Shown one piece after another: positions 28,601-37,955 of a DNA stretch of 64,000 bases. Position 1 is the first letter of the stretch. Every line of letters begins with the position of its first letter. This DNA comes from a virus, in IMG/VR virus record IMGVR_UViG_3300037851_000452, positions 1 to 64,000 of that record; one strand, 5' to 3'. Both the position numbers and the translations under genes were made by a program. Below the pieces are notes generated by a model that saw only the letters and a program-made list of their open reading frames with translations, ran no database searches and was not told the DNA's origin.

Positions 28601-31600
28601 GCCGCTGTCTCCGCCGAACGCCGTGCCCCCAGAATTGAATTGGACATAGCCGTTCAACCCGCCCGGTGTTCCCGAACCCGTAGCCGTCAAATCCAACCAC
28701 GAAGTGCCGTTATAGAAGTACAGTTTGTGGTCAGTCGAGTTGGGGTAAATGTACCCTTCCGTAGGTGACCCGGGGGTTGAGGTTGGCGTAAGTTTCCACG
28801 CGCCGTCTTTGGTAATGCGTGCCTTCTCGGTCAAGGACCCGGCATTGGACGTCAGAAATGTCAAATCGGCGCTGTTATCGGCCCCGGTGCGAATTGTTGA
28901 GATACGAGCGACGTAGTTGTCAACGCCACTGGTGTCTCGATGCACAAAGGCGGCACTGACCCCGAAGCCATCAACCATGGCTGCGGTGCAGGTGTGTCGC
29001 ATTTTGACCGAGTCTCGGACTATGTTCGTTGTGGCTTGCCTCACCTCTCCGTAAAGCGGCGCCGAAGATGTGTCGGACGACACAACACGGCCGCGAACAC
29101 CATACACGACACCAGTCGTACCCGATGCGTAGCCGTACGCTCCGGCAGCGTCCTCAGTAGTGCTGACCGTCACGCTGTAGCAGCCGTAGGTCTCGCCCGT
29201 GACACCGCTACAAAGACCCCGAAGCGCCGCGGCGCCATCCGACAGAACGGAACTGTCAAGAGCTCCAGAGACTCCGTAGGACACCGTATTCGATTGGCAG
29301 ATGCCTCGAACGCCCGACGACCCGGCCAACGCGGCCGAGGAAATGATACCTCGAACGCCCTGTACGACGCCGGCACCCGTTGCCTGGCCGTACACGCCAG
29401 CGTAATCGGTGGTCGTGTTCGAGTTGGACGCAAACACGCCATGCTGCCCATCGGTCACTGCCGATACTTGCAGACGTGCCGATGTCGGTGTCCCCGTACC
29501 TACCCCGAGATTCCCTCCAAGGCTGTTAGCGCAGAAGTACGTATTGTTAGTTCCGTCGCAGGAAATCTGAGCCACGCTTGTGGTCGAGCCGTCCCCGGCA
29601 AAGAACAATGCTCGTCGGCTTCCCGTAGTATTTGTATTTCGGAAGAAGTAGAACGTGGCGTTGTTCGCCGAAGGGGGGGTTGAGGCCTGTAGGATGATGT
29701 CAAAATAGAAGATGCTGTCCTTGTCCGTCGAAGCATACTTCTGGATGTAGGCCGAGTCTCCTGTGCCGAAGGTGCTTTGCAGCCGAAGTGACCCAACGGA
29801 CGCCCCAGTGTCGTCACTATCTACAAGACGTAAAGTTGGGTCCGAGGCTTCGATATGCACCACCGAATTTGGGCTGCTCGTACCTATACCAAGACGCCCC
29901 TCTTGAGTCAGGGTCATACTAACGGTTGGCACGCTGGTCGCGCCCGGATCGTTAGGCGTAGTACAGAAATCAAGCGCCATCCCACCGTCGGTGTCGGCAG
30001 CGTAGGTCTCTGTCGCTCGCCCAACAATGGCGGCAAGAAACTTCGGGTTCTCGGTCGTAAAGTTAGAGTCGGTAGACATGAACTTGATCGCCGGAGTGTA
30101 CTTCGACGACGTGTTCATCCCTCCGCTGCACAACTCCAGACCATACATGAGTCGAGTCAGGGCGCTTAGGCCAACGGAAGTATCGTTCAAGCGAATTCTA
30201 GTTCCGCCACCAGTGCCGTACACTTCCACGTCTGTAGCAGGTGACGACACGCCGACACCGAGTCTGTTGTTAACCTCGTCGTATGCAGACGTTCCAAGTA
30301 AGACCTTACCCCTAGTAACGTTAGACGTGCTCTGCAACGTCAACGTACCGGCCGCCGCGGTCCCACCAATAAGAGTTTGATTTCCGACGCGGCCCGCAAG
30401 CAAAGCGTACTGCGTGTGGTCGTCGTCGGACAGGCCCGAAAGGGCCCCATGGTCCGCGCTGACGCCCGTAAGGCTCACCCACGCCCCACCCTTGCGCCCC
30501 TCGAAATCCGTACCCGTCCAGCGAATAGTCCCATTCGCTGTGCCAGACGCGGTTCCGATCTTGATGGCCCCGTTGACCTCAAGAAGTTCGGCCGCTGGAG
30601 ATAGGCCTATACCTACAAGACCACCAGAAGTGACCCGCAAACGCTCTGTACCGTCCGTCAAATTGGTGGCGCCAGTACGGTATTGAAGATCCCCGCTGCC
30701 CGCAGCATACCCAATGACTCCGCGCTCAGCGACGTTATTCTCCGAGAAGTATATGTACGGGCCCTCAGTTGACTCGGATCGAATTGCTAAAAAGGCCTTC
30801 TTAGAAGAGCACAGCGGCCCGTAGATCAGCATCGAATGGCCGCAGACAAACCCCGCCTCAACAACGCTATTCTCGATTACGATCTGACGGTTGAGGTGCA
30901 TCTTCCCGTCTATGTCAACCCTATAACCGGAAGCCGGTGACGCAACCCCTATGCCCACGTTCCCATCAGAAGTGACAAAAACCCGACCAGTGTTGCCCGT
31001 AAGGATCTCAACGGCCGATGCGTCTTGGCCGCCTATACGAAGGTTCCCGGTTCCTCGGTGAAGGATCTCCGAAACAGCATTTGGGCCGGTGTTGGCCCTA
31101 ATGACTCTTAAACCGTAGTCTGTATATGTACCGTCTGATACAAAGTCGATGTACGAGTATCTGTTTCCGGTACCGCTTCCGCCAATTTCAATCTCTGATA
31201 CGCCGGTGTCTATAGTAGACACCTTCATAGAAACGTTACCAGAATTTTTAGAGGTAACGTTTCCAGCGACCTCTAGTTTCGATGACGGTGAAGACGCTCC
31301 GATACCGACATTTCCGGTTCCGGTTATTAAGGCATAGCCCGACGTAGAAGTAAAATAGCCCCCTATACCGGAGCTGGTGCTGCATCCGTACACACCGCAA
31401 GAACTAGCGTTGGAAGACCGAGCCTCTCCCCACACCCCGTAAATGATTCCGGTAGCTCCAGCGGCAATAGAGTAAACACCCTTCGCGTTGTTACCCGCGC
31501 TGTTATTACCGGCATACAGTCCGTAGATTTCTCCAGTGGTGGCCTGAGCATAGGCCTGAACGGCGCAAGCCCCGGTAGTAGTAACGGCAGCAGTTATGGA

Positions 31601-32755
31601 TCCAACCACACCGCGAGTCTCCGCGTTTCCAGACGCTTCTCCTAGAATTGCGCCCTTGTACTGTGTGGTGTTGTTAGTCTCTACAAAGAGAGCCCATGGG
31701 TCCCCGTTTGCATAACGTTTGACGTGTACAAAGTGGCTAGGGTTGGTGATGCCTATGCCTACGAATCCGGTTCCAGTTATAGACAAACGAGTTGCCGACG
31801 CTGTCTGGTCCCAGAAAGCGAACGACCCCGCGTCGCCCAACCCTGACCCCGACCTTAAAGCCCCAATCCACCACTCTCTTCCTCCCGTCCCTCCCTGGGG
31901 CTGGAAAATCATAAGGTTGTTCGGGTCATCTCGACGAATTATGACACCCTGAGAAGAACGAACGTACCCAGCAACATCTACCGAGGTTCCTGGAGAGGCT
32001 GTACCAATGCCCAGATAGTTATTCACCTCATCGTAGGCCGAAGTGCCAAAAAGGATTTTGCCCTTAGTGGCGTTCGCCGTAGACCCTAAAGTCAGAGTCC
32101 CAGAAGCCGCAGTTCCGCCATACAGAGTTTGACCCGATGTACGCCCCGACAAATAGGCATACTGGGTGTGGTCGTCGTCTGAAAGACCAGCTGTGCCCCC
32201 GTGGTCAATCTGAGCTCCGTCTCCACCCACGTGGTCATGAGAGTCTCCGTTAGTTACGCCCTGCGCTGCAGTAGCAAAAGCAGAAGAGTGATTGCCGTCT
32301 AAGAGGTCCGCATTTAGATTCGTAACTACCGTGGTAGAAGACACTGTAAACGGAGCGGTTCCCGTAGTTTGCGTAGCCGTAAGTCGTGTAGTGGTAATGA
32401 CTCCCGTAACGTCCAAAGCAGTGGCGGGGGTGGCGTTGTAAATCCCCAGACGATTGTTGACGTCATCCCAGAATAACTGAGAGCACCCGCCGAAAGATCC
32501 GCCATTGTTGTACTGGACTTGGGTATCAGACCCCCCAGGAGGCGTAGCTCCGGAGCCAGTGCCCGTAAAAGAAATCCAGGCTCCGCCTTTACGACCTTCA
32601 AAGTCCGTACCGGTCCACCGAATAGTGCCGTCTGCTGTACCTGTGGCCGAGCCGATCTTCAGGGCCCCGTTAATCTCTAGCTTCTCTGTAGGGCTAGAGA
32701 TATCCATGCCAATCTTCCCAAGGAAGTTGGAGTCACCATAGATCAGCTTTGCCAT
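25631..32755 (-). CDS. Very long modular fibre (2374 aa) with C-terminal S74 chaperone
   Basis: Many GNVGIG, G-V-Y-G and T-N-Y-G-I-Y repeats; SDARRKDNI...IGYVAQEVMDVIPELV...LVKAVQEL. Confidence 0.85.
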   Translation of the reverse strand: MAKLIYGDSNFLGKIGMDISSPTEKLEINGALKIGSATGTADGTIRWTGTDFEGRKGGAWISFTGTGSGATPPGGSDTQVQYNNGGSFGGCSQLFWDDVNNRLGIYNATPATALDVTGVITTTRLTATQTTGTAPFTVSSTTVVTNLNADLLDGNHSSAFATAAQGVTNGDSHDHVGGDGAQIDHGGTAGLSDDDHTQYAYLSGRTSGQTLYGGTAASGTLTLGSTANATKGKILFGTSAYDEVNNYLGIGTASPGTSVDVAGYVRSSQGVIIRRDDPNNLMIFQPQGGTGGREWWIGALRSGSGLGDAGSFAFWDQTASATRLSITGTGFVGIGITNPSHFVHVKRYANGDPWALFVETNNTTQYKGAILGEASGNAETRGVVGSITAAVTTTGACAVQAYAQATTGEIYGLYAGNNSAGNNAKGVYSIAAGATGIIYGVWGEARSSNASSCGVYGCSTSSGIGGYFTSTSGYALITGTGNVGIGASSPSSKLEVAGNVTSKNSGNVSMKVSTIDTGVSEIEIGGSGTGNRYSYIDFVSDGTYTDYGLRVIRANTGPNAVSEILHRGTGNLRIGGQDASAVEILTGNTGRVFVTSDGNVGIGVASPASGYRVDIDGKMHLNRQIVIENSVVEAGFVCGHSMLIYGPLCSSKKAFLAIRSESTEGPYIYFSENNVAERGVIGYAAGSGDLQYRTGATNLTDGTERLRVTSGGLVGIGLSPAAELLEVNGAIKIGTASGTANGTIRWTGTDFEGRKGGAWVSLTGVSADHGALSGLSDDDHTQYALLAGRVGNQTLIGGTAAAGTLTLQSTSNVTRGKVLLGTSAYDEVNNRLGVGVSSPATDVEVYGTGGGTRIRLNDTSVGLSALTRLMYGLELCSGGMNTSSKYTPAIKFMSTDSNFTTENPKFLAAIVGRATETYAADTDGGMALDFCTTPNDPGATSVPTVSMTLTQEGRLGIGTSSPNSVVHIEASDPTLRLVDSDDTGASVGSLRLQSTFGTGDSAYIQKYASTDKDSIFYFDIILQASTPPSANNATFYFFRNTNTTGSRRALFFAGDGSTTSVAQISCDGTNNTYFCANSLGGNLGVGTGTPTSARLQVSAVTDGQHGVFASNSNTTTDYAGVYGQATGAGVVQGVRGIISSAALAGSSGVRGICQSNTVSYGVSGALDSSVLSDGAAALRGLCSGVTGETYGCYSVTVSTTEDAAGAYGYASGTTGVVYGVRGRVVSSDTSSAPLYGEVRQATTNIVRDSVKMRHTCTAAMVDGFGVSAAFVHRDTSGVDNYVARISTIRTGADNSADLTFLTSNAGSLTEKARITKDGAWKLTPTSTPGSPTEGYIYPNSTDHKLYFYNGTSWLDLTATGSGTPGGLNGYVQFNSGGTAFGGDSGLFWDNTNKRLGVGTTSPSAVIQASYSGSNSAIIGVNDTATTTPVIWGYSTAATGESYGIHGAVASTTNASTGVKGVASGATGITYGVFGQCNSTTSGSAGVYGSHQGASGDTRGVYGLAASSSTSAVGVYGTCNAGRGVEGSTSTGYAVYGSSSSTGVGGYFSTSSASNTALQTGTGLVQFGGNLGVHVAPVSNKGINFQKQVGALTAHYYGIWCGVSADTAEAYNRTGIYTVVSTTHTTGTLSEIVGHNIILETILGGSATSSTGLQISRSLSNGGTIGTSYGINIGSLSNTLSTVTTNYGIYIGNQSGGTTNYAIYTGTGQVRFGDDLRLVGNLGVGAAPVSSIGIKTDKTSLGAISADYCSMYNNLSCTAAEAFSRYNINSYISASHTTGTLTGVVNAFLRADISGSGGTTSTVSNLTLYRTMSNGSVTDSYGIKIENFLPSGGACTNAYGIRIGQQSATYTTNTYGIYVDNQAGGTLSYALKTGTGLVEFGDKVGIGGSPSYKLHVKGSGVDGGFAYFQSTDNTNGISVRGVNGPSSNDTAYVLVSDSSYQAYMSLVGTNAAGSGNVGDLRFVVGSTEVVRLSRTAYTMWVGGNIINECSGDDQGYEGRSGSTVVYSLTRETDDLKASAYSGFQVWTNAQSGVGSGSKQLHITYDGKVGLSGVTPSAYFHAYCPNTTNVSLTWGTASGQILRNENSEIAIGLEDTSPYPLYLQGRTSSNTARDIVLNPLGGNIGIGTSGALGSSLHVVSAGAGIYSETTSTTAYQYAVCGETKGNGEVYGILGKCSSTNTSSKAGQFQHSGAGLGIYVAASSNYGIYCTTTYASGYSATFLNAGSNANRYGIAISCGPDITAGSGTSGDARWIALQDSAYENIAYIDYSTSSPYARFASASDARRKDNIRPTQINALDLLCRLPMRAFEWKDNKLPPQSIGYVAQEVMDVIPELVSHDKDRDEYLVGDSILVKYLVKAVQELAQKVKDLEALVQK

Positions 32756-32758
32756 CGC

Positions 32759-33019
32759 TTAAGCTCCAATGGGCGGTTGAACCAAAGTCACTTGGATCTT
32801 ACCGTTAGAAATGTCAGACCACAGCTTAGAGGGGTTACTCTCTGTAACCAGCCTCCGGGCTGCGTCGAAATCTGCATAGTAGGAGGCAAGATCGGGGTCG
32901 CATAAGTCTATAGCTTCCCCGTTAGACACGGACAAACCACCCAGCTCCTCTACGTTGTACGAGGACCCGGATGCGTTGGTGATCAAAACTATCCCGCGGT
33001 CAAAAAGAGACCCATCCAC
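32759..33019 (-). CDS. Hypothetical protein
   Basis: Start reassigned to GTG 33019 behind GGAGG at the end of the upstream gene. Confidence 0.55.
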   Translation of the reverse strand: MDGSLFDRGIVLITNASGSSYNVEELGGLSVSNGEAIDLCDPDLASYYADFDAARRLVTESNPSKLWSDISNGKIQVTLVQPPIGA

Positions 33020-33021
33020 GA

Positions 33022-34497
33022 TTACCTCCGAGAGATACGGCACCCAGTTCCAACATGGTACGCATAATCCCCAGCGGATCCAAGATTGGCCCAAGTCACG
33101 TCGTTTGTACCATCTACCGTCACAGCCCCAGAAGCCCCAGTAATGGTAGGAGTGAAATTGTAGATGTTGACAACGTTATCCACCCCAGACGCATTGAGAC
33201 CCCACCCCGTATTACCAGAACCGGCTAAGGATGTTTGAAGGACCAGCTTAGTCGGATGGAACAAGACGAAAGGGGCAACTGTGCAGTTATTGATACTGGC
33301 CGCAATGAGTTCCAGCTCTGAATACTGAGAGTAAACTCCGCGGGCAGCGCTGTCCACGTAGAAGTCGGATATGGATATCAATTTGGTGTTCTGCAAAAGA
33401 AGACCGTAGGTAGAGCTCCCCCTAATCCAAAGCCCAGTCAGAGCAGAACCTGTGCATAGTATGTTCGCAAAGTACACCCCGTACGAGGTACAGCTACTGG
33501 CCAACCACCCCCTAGCTGCAACGCTCAGGTTGACTGAGTGGAGTAGGTAAAAGCCGTAGGTCGCCGACACCGCAGATACTTGATTCAGGTTAACGTACAC
33601 GCACTGCTGAACCAGTACTCCGTACGTTCCTCCGGAAGTCCCAACGCGGGTAAGAGACACCCTTCCTGGATTGTTTATGGCAACTATGGGGTAAGACCCA
33701 TTCGTAGCCTTCATGTCCAGTATAGACACGCCGGCTGTATTACCCTCCACGTAAATGCCCGTAGAGTTCGCCTGGGCTGTATTAAGAACTACATTGGGGT
33801 CCTCGATATTGAACCCCGCACCATTACCTATGGAGGGGCTAGCAGGAGAGGCTAGATAGATTGTGTCCGTGGTGTTCTGCGCGATAACCAGAATCTGCCC
33901 GGCACCTGTACCGGAAGTTACGTTTAGGTATCTTCCCACCAGGTTATTGGCAGTCCACCCTGCTCCGGTAACAACAACGCTTCGAGAACCGCCCGTCGTT
34001 ATAGTCCCGGTATTAGGACCCGTGGTCAGGCTCGATAATGACCTTCCCCCGCTAATAACAATAGCGACACCGCCAGGTCCGGAGGCATCCATAGACGCCA
34101 GGAAACCCTGCACGGAGAACCCAGTATAGTTACCCGATGCTACGTTTATGGTAACTAAATGTCGTATCCTGGACGGAAGAGAGTCTAAGGCCGCTTGAAT
34201 GGTAGCAAACGGATAAGAGGAATAGGTCCCTCCGGGTATGAACGATGGTCTGTTGGCGGATGGTGTATCCGAACCGCTGGACGCGTTGACCGCCAAAGTA
34301 ACGGCGGAGATCGTATCTCCACCTCGTCTAGGATTGAAGACTCCGTCCGCATCCCGCATAGCCCACATGCGGTCATGGTAGGTAACAGACCCAGCCTCAG
34401 CAGGGTCCCCAACCGCTACGCCGTCGTCATCCACCGAGCCTAGAGTAAGTTTCCACTCTTGAAGAGCCCCTGGGTGTCTGTCCGGAGTGCGACCCAT
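33022..34497 (-). CDS. Tailspike-like right-handed beta-helix protein (possible depolymerase)
   Basis: VNASSGSD...PFATIQAALDSLP...TINVASGNY cap motif followed by xxYGxxx beta-helix rungs. Confidence 0.7.
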   Translation of the reverse strand: MGRTPDRHPGALQEWKLTLGSVDDDGVAVGDPAEAGSVTYHDRMWAMRDADGVFNPRRGGDTISAVTLAVNASSGSDTPSANRPSFIPGGTYSSYPFATIQAALDSLPSRIRHLVTINVASGNYTGFSVQGFLASMDASGPGGVAIVISGGRSLSSLTTGPNTGTITTGGSRSVVVTGAGWTANNLVGRYLNVTSGTGAGQILVIAQNTTDTIYLASPASPSIGNGAGFNIEDPNVVLNTAQANSTGIYVEGNTAGVSILDMKATNGSYPIVAINNPGRVSLTRVGTSGGTYGVLVQQCVYVNLNQVSAVSATYGFYLLHSVNLSVAARGWLASSCTSYGVYFANILCTGSALTGLWIRGSSTYGLLLQNTKLISISDFYVDSAARGVYSQYSELELIAASINNCTVAPFVLFHPTKLVLQTSLAGSGNTGWGLNASGVDNVVNIYNFTPTITGASGAVTVDGTNDVTWANLGSAGDYAYHVGTGCRISRR

Positions 34498-34527
34498 GTG
34501 AATGACTCCTGATTAGCAGTGGAGAGA

Positions 34528-35034
34528 CTACGAGCTCTTGGCCTTGTTCAATCGGTCAGAAAACCGGGCCACGTTATCTACAACAGACTCCTTAGCGGCC
34601 TCTGCCTTCCTCTCTGCCGCAATACCCGGTCCGGGATGTTGGGGTACCGCCTCTTTTTCTGCCTCGGCTTTTTCCTCTTCCTTCACCGCGATTAAGAACT
34701 TCTGCTCGAGAGTTTGCATAGCCCGAGACAGACCCGTAAGCTGGCCGTTGCACACTCCAATATTCACGTTCGTTTCCTCTAGCAGGGAGCTAATCTTCTC
34801 CCTAAAAGAAGAAACCACGGCCTTGGCAACAAAAAGGTCGTCACCATTGCACTCACCTTTCTTGTGCCGCTCTTCCCACTCAGACTCTACGGCTTCGGGG
34901 ATTAGAGATACGGCCTCCTGAACAACGGCTTTGGCCCCTACGGCCTTGTAGGTAGCCTGCATGGCAGACTGAATGGCCACGGCAATGTCTTTGCCCATAC
35001 CCTGTAGAATGGCTTTCTTGTCTTGGTTTTCCAT
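34528..35034 (-). CDS. Hypothetical helical/coiled-coil protein
   Basis: True start likely ATG 35034 (MENQDKK); the upstream extension in the ORF track is the hairpin sequence. Confidence 0.6.
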   Translation of the reverse strand: MENQDKKAILQGMGKDIAVAIQSAMQATYKAVGAKAVVQEAVSLIPEAVESEWEERHKKGECNGDDLFVAKAVVSSFREKISSLLEETNVNIGVCNGQLTGLSRAMQTLEQKFLIAVKEEEKAEAEKEAVPQHPGPGIAAERKAEAAKESVVDNVARFSDRLNKAKSS

Positions 35035-35056
35035 ACCCCAAACTATAACGTGGAAG

Positions 35057-35092
35057 GAGGGGCGACGAAAGCTCAAGCCTCCGCCGCCCCCC
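35057..35092 (-). terminator. Strong 16-bp RNA hairpin (terminator or stabiliser) after the 689-aa gene
   Basis: GGGGGGCGGCGGAGGC-TTGA-GCTTTCGTCGCCCCTC; four G:U pairs work only on the minus strand; weak U tract. Confidence 0.65.
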
Positions 35093-35123
35093 ACAGGATG
35101 TAGGTCTAAGTCGAAAAGGCTAG

Positions 35124-37193
35124 TTATGCCGAAGGCGTGCCGTGCCGGACCACCGTGATGACGTCGCCCGTCTTGAGGTCAAACTCAAACTTGATGTGGC
35201 CCGAGCCAGGAGTCGTCCCCGGGTACACGTCGTTGTTGGTGCTGGCGTCGACGCCACCACGCATGAGTTGGCCGTTGAGGTACACGTCCACCTGGCTGGC
35301 AAAAGCCAGGCCGGCAAACGACGGGAGAGCGGCGTCGATGTTTCCGGCCCCTGCCGCGTAATCGAGGTCAGTGTTGGCCGTAATGTTCTGGTTAGCAACC
35401 GCCGTGACCTTCAAGAAAGCAGCCTTCTTGTCGACCGCGACAATGCCGCCCAAAATAGAGGCCTCGCTACCGGCCGAGGTCTCGAAATCGCTCCAGTCAG
35501 CCGAAGAAGCCGCAAGCTTGATACCGTCCGCCACAGACCACGTAGAGCCTGCGCGGTAACCGTCTGTCAGATAACAGTCGGTCCCAGCGGCCAGCTTGAG
35601 GGTGGTGCTCGTGCCAGCCACCTTCAAGGCTGACGCATCGACCTGGCCGGCCGTAACACCCACGTTGATCGTGGTGCCGCCCGTATCAGCCTTGATGCCG
35701 TTCAGGAAATCGGCGTCGGTCTGGTTGTTCACATCGAACGTGTCGCACGTGAACGCAACCGTGTCTCCGCCAGACGTCGGGGCCACAGACACGAGGTCGC
35801 GCCCACCATCGCTGGTCTGGAGCTTCCACGTGTAGGTGTCCGTCACGCGCCAGTCGATGTTCCGGTCGGTCTGCGTCACTGCCCCGCTTTGCTTGTCCAC
35901 GACCGCGTTCAGGTCGCGGTTAGCAGCGAAGGTGATGCCCTCGAGCAGGCTCAGTTCTCCACCGACAGCAGTCTCGTAGTTGTTCCAGTGGAGATTGCTC
36001 GTCGAAAGCGGGATGCCATCGGTGATGCTCCAGTTCGATGAGGCTCGGTAAACGTCGGTCAGATAGACCGTACCGTTGGTGGACTTCAAATACAAATGAG
36101 CGTTCGTTCCTGTCGCGTTGACGCGCAGGAACGTGGCGCTCTGAATGATTCCGTTGTCAACGGTGATGTAGTTCGCGCCGCTCGAGTCGAAGACGGCACC
36201 GTTGGCGAAGTCCGCGTTGTTGACGTTGTTCACGTCAAGAGTGTCGCAGTTGATCTCGACCTCGTCGCCGGCGACAGCCGGGGCGAGCATGAGCATCGAC
36301 ACTCCGCCGTCGCTCGTCTGGAAATTCAACGACTTCGTGTCGTCGATGCGCCAATATACGTCGGTCGCTTGAGTCGCAGGCGTGGTGCTCTGGTTGTCGA
36401 TGGCGTTGTTCAACGTCACATCAACGCTGGCCGTGGCATCAATGAATGCACCGGACAGAAACGCCTGCTCCGGAACCGAGTCGAAGTCCAAACGACGGAC
36501 GTAGCTGTAGTTGATTGTCTTGCCGGCAATATCGGCGACCGGGCAAGCAATCAGGTCATCGCCGTTCGTGTTTTCGATAACGAACGAGATCTGAACCTGC
36601 TTCGTGGTGTCACTGAACGTGTCGCCATCTACGGTTCCGGACTCGGCTTGCAGCAAGCCGTAGACCTGCTTGCCACCAGACAAGATCACGTCGCCCGTAG
36701 ACGCATCCCGAACAATGACCAGGTTCTTCGGGTTCAGGGCGTTTACGCCCGACACCTCGTTAAGAGAGTGCGAGCCCACGTCACCAGCAAGAACGGCAAC
36801 AACCGCGCCACTGGCCGTTCCTGCGCCAACTGCGGCAGTCTCGCTAGGAGCCTCGCTGCTCGCTACAGAAAGAACTTCCCAGTTCTGAGCCGCAGTAACG
36901 GTGATGTCCGTGAGGACCTGGGCTCGGAATAGAACCTTCTTGGTTTCAAGACCAAGAAGGTCCGTAGCTAGTTGCTCAAGACCTCTCCGAAGCCCGCCGA
37001 CTGACGGAATGTTCTCATACCACTTGACGGAACCGTTCGCGTTGAGGACTCTCGCTAGCTGCGACCGTACCGCATTAAGGTCGCTTTCTAGGTCGGTCGA
37101 CCCGCTCTCCAGTGCGGAACCTGGGGTTAAGTTGTCGGTGAATGTCTTTGACGGCTGAATCTGGGCTACTTGGCGAAGAAACGTGCGTCCCAT
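35124..37193 (-). CDS. Probable abundant fibre/decoration protein with internal tandem duplication
   Basis: GC-rich codon usage; two ~165-aa repeats (QTSDGG...YLTD.YRA.S.WS..DGI.L); C-terminal VYLNGQL...GDVI domain. Confidence 0.7.
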   Translation of the reverse strand: MGRTFLRQVAQIQPSKTFTDNLTPGSALESGSTDLESDLNAVRSQLARVLNANGSVKWYENIPSVGGLRRGLEQLATDLLGLETKKVLFRAQVLTDITVTAAQNWEVLSVASSEAPSETAAVGAGTASGAVVAVLAGDVGSHSLNEVSGVNALNPKNLVIVRDASTGDVILSGGKQVYGLLQAESGTVDGDTFSDTTKQVQISFVIENTNGDDLIACPVADIAGKTINYSYVRRLDFDSVPEQAFLSGAFIDATASVDVTLNNAIDNQSTTPATQATDVYWRIDDTKSLNFQTSDGGVSMLMLAPAVAGDEVEINCDTLDVNNVNNADFANGAVFDSSGANYITVDNGIIQSATFLRVNATGTNAHLYLKSTNGTVYLTDVYRASSNWSITDGIPLSTSNLHWNNYETAVGGELSLLEGITFAANRDLNAVVDKQSGAVTQTDRNIDWRVTDTYTWKLQTSDGGRDLVSVAPTSGGDTVAFTCDTFDVNNQTDADFLNGIKADTGGTTINVGVTAGQVDASALKVAGTSTTLKLAAGTDCYLTDGYRAGSTWSVADGIKLAASSADWSDFETSAGSEASILGGIVAVDKKAAFLKVTAVANQNITANTDLDYAAGAGNIDAALPSFAGLAFASQVDVYLNGQLMRGGVDASTNNDVYPGTTPGSGHIKFEFDLKTGDVITVVRHGTPSA

Positions 37194-37214
37194 TCCCTGT
37201 CTCCTTGTTGGAGG

Positions 37215-37955
37215 TTAAACGGTCGAGTAATCTGCCTCCAGCGCCTCTCCTAGTATAGGAGCAATGGACAACACGATGGTATCGTAGCCAGAACCCAGTC
37301 CGCCACTTTCTTCTATTGTGTAGTCAGGGTCCTCACCTTTAGCCAGACGAGTACCATTCCAGTATACACACTCCGTGTTAGGTATGAATGTCTCTGGAGT
37401 AGTAAAGACCAAGTTCACGCCGTCCTTAGTACCAAGCAGCTGTATGCCGAACTTAAACTTGATCGGAGCGACTATTGAGTAGTCGCATACTATGTTCTCC
37501 TCTTCAAAAGGAGCAAACGCAAACACTATCCTGTCGTAACCAGTGCCCGACCCGCCGCTCTCTTCCGCTATATAATCTTCCGTAGGACCTCTAGATAAAC
37601 GCATGCCTCCTAGGTAGAGACACTCTGTACCGTATATGAACTTGTCCGGTGAGTAGAATACCGTGTTTACGCCGTCCTTAATTCCGTTGAGCGGCATACC
37701 AAAAAGACGGTCTGTAACCGGGGTTGGTCCCGGACCAGAACCTACCGCACGGTAAGTACCAGGAGTGTTGTACCCTTTCTGATAAAGAATCCCCGTACTG
37801 TCTCTTAGATAGAAAGTTCCCTTAGGAGCGTCTTGAACAATGGTAGGTGCCGTAAGAGCATTGGGGTCTCCGTCATACGCGGTGAGGTCCACCGTTAGCA
37901 TGACGGGTCGGCGAGGTAGCTCTCTATTTACAAAGGTCTCGTATGGCGTAGCCAT
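37215..37955 (-). CDS. Virion protein with two GxKDGVN...DY...AP beta-sandwich repeats
   Basis: Clear tandem repeat of about 75 aa. Confidence 0.7.
   Translation of the reverse strand: MATPYETFVNRELPRRPVMLTVDLTAYDGDPNALTAPTIVQDAPKGTFYLRDSTGILYQKGYNTPGTYRAVGSGPGPTPVTDRLFGMPLNGIKDGVNTVFYSPDKFIYGTECLYLGGMRLSRGPTEDYIAEESGGSGTGYDRIVFAFAPFEEENIVCDYSIVAPIKFKFGIQLLGTKDGVNLVFTTPETFIPNTECVYWNGTRLAKGEDPDYTIEESGGLGSGYDTIVLSIAPILGEALEADYSTV

Noticed and set aside
28940-29683. 247-aa plus-strand ORF
   Set aside because: Antisense shadow of the GC-rich fibre segment; Arg-rich, with no motifs.
410-32755. Diversity-generating retroelement or shufflon acting on fibres
   Set aside because: No RT, recombinase, adenine-only TR/VR pair or inverted crossover sites seen. 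Repeats differ at synonymous positions generally.
36096-36932. 278-aa plus-strand ORF
   Set aside because: Antisense shadow caused by codon bias of the 689-aa gene.
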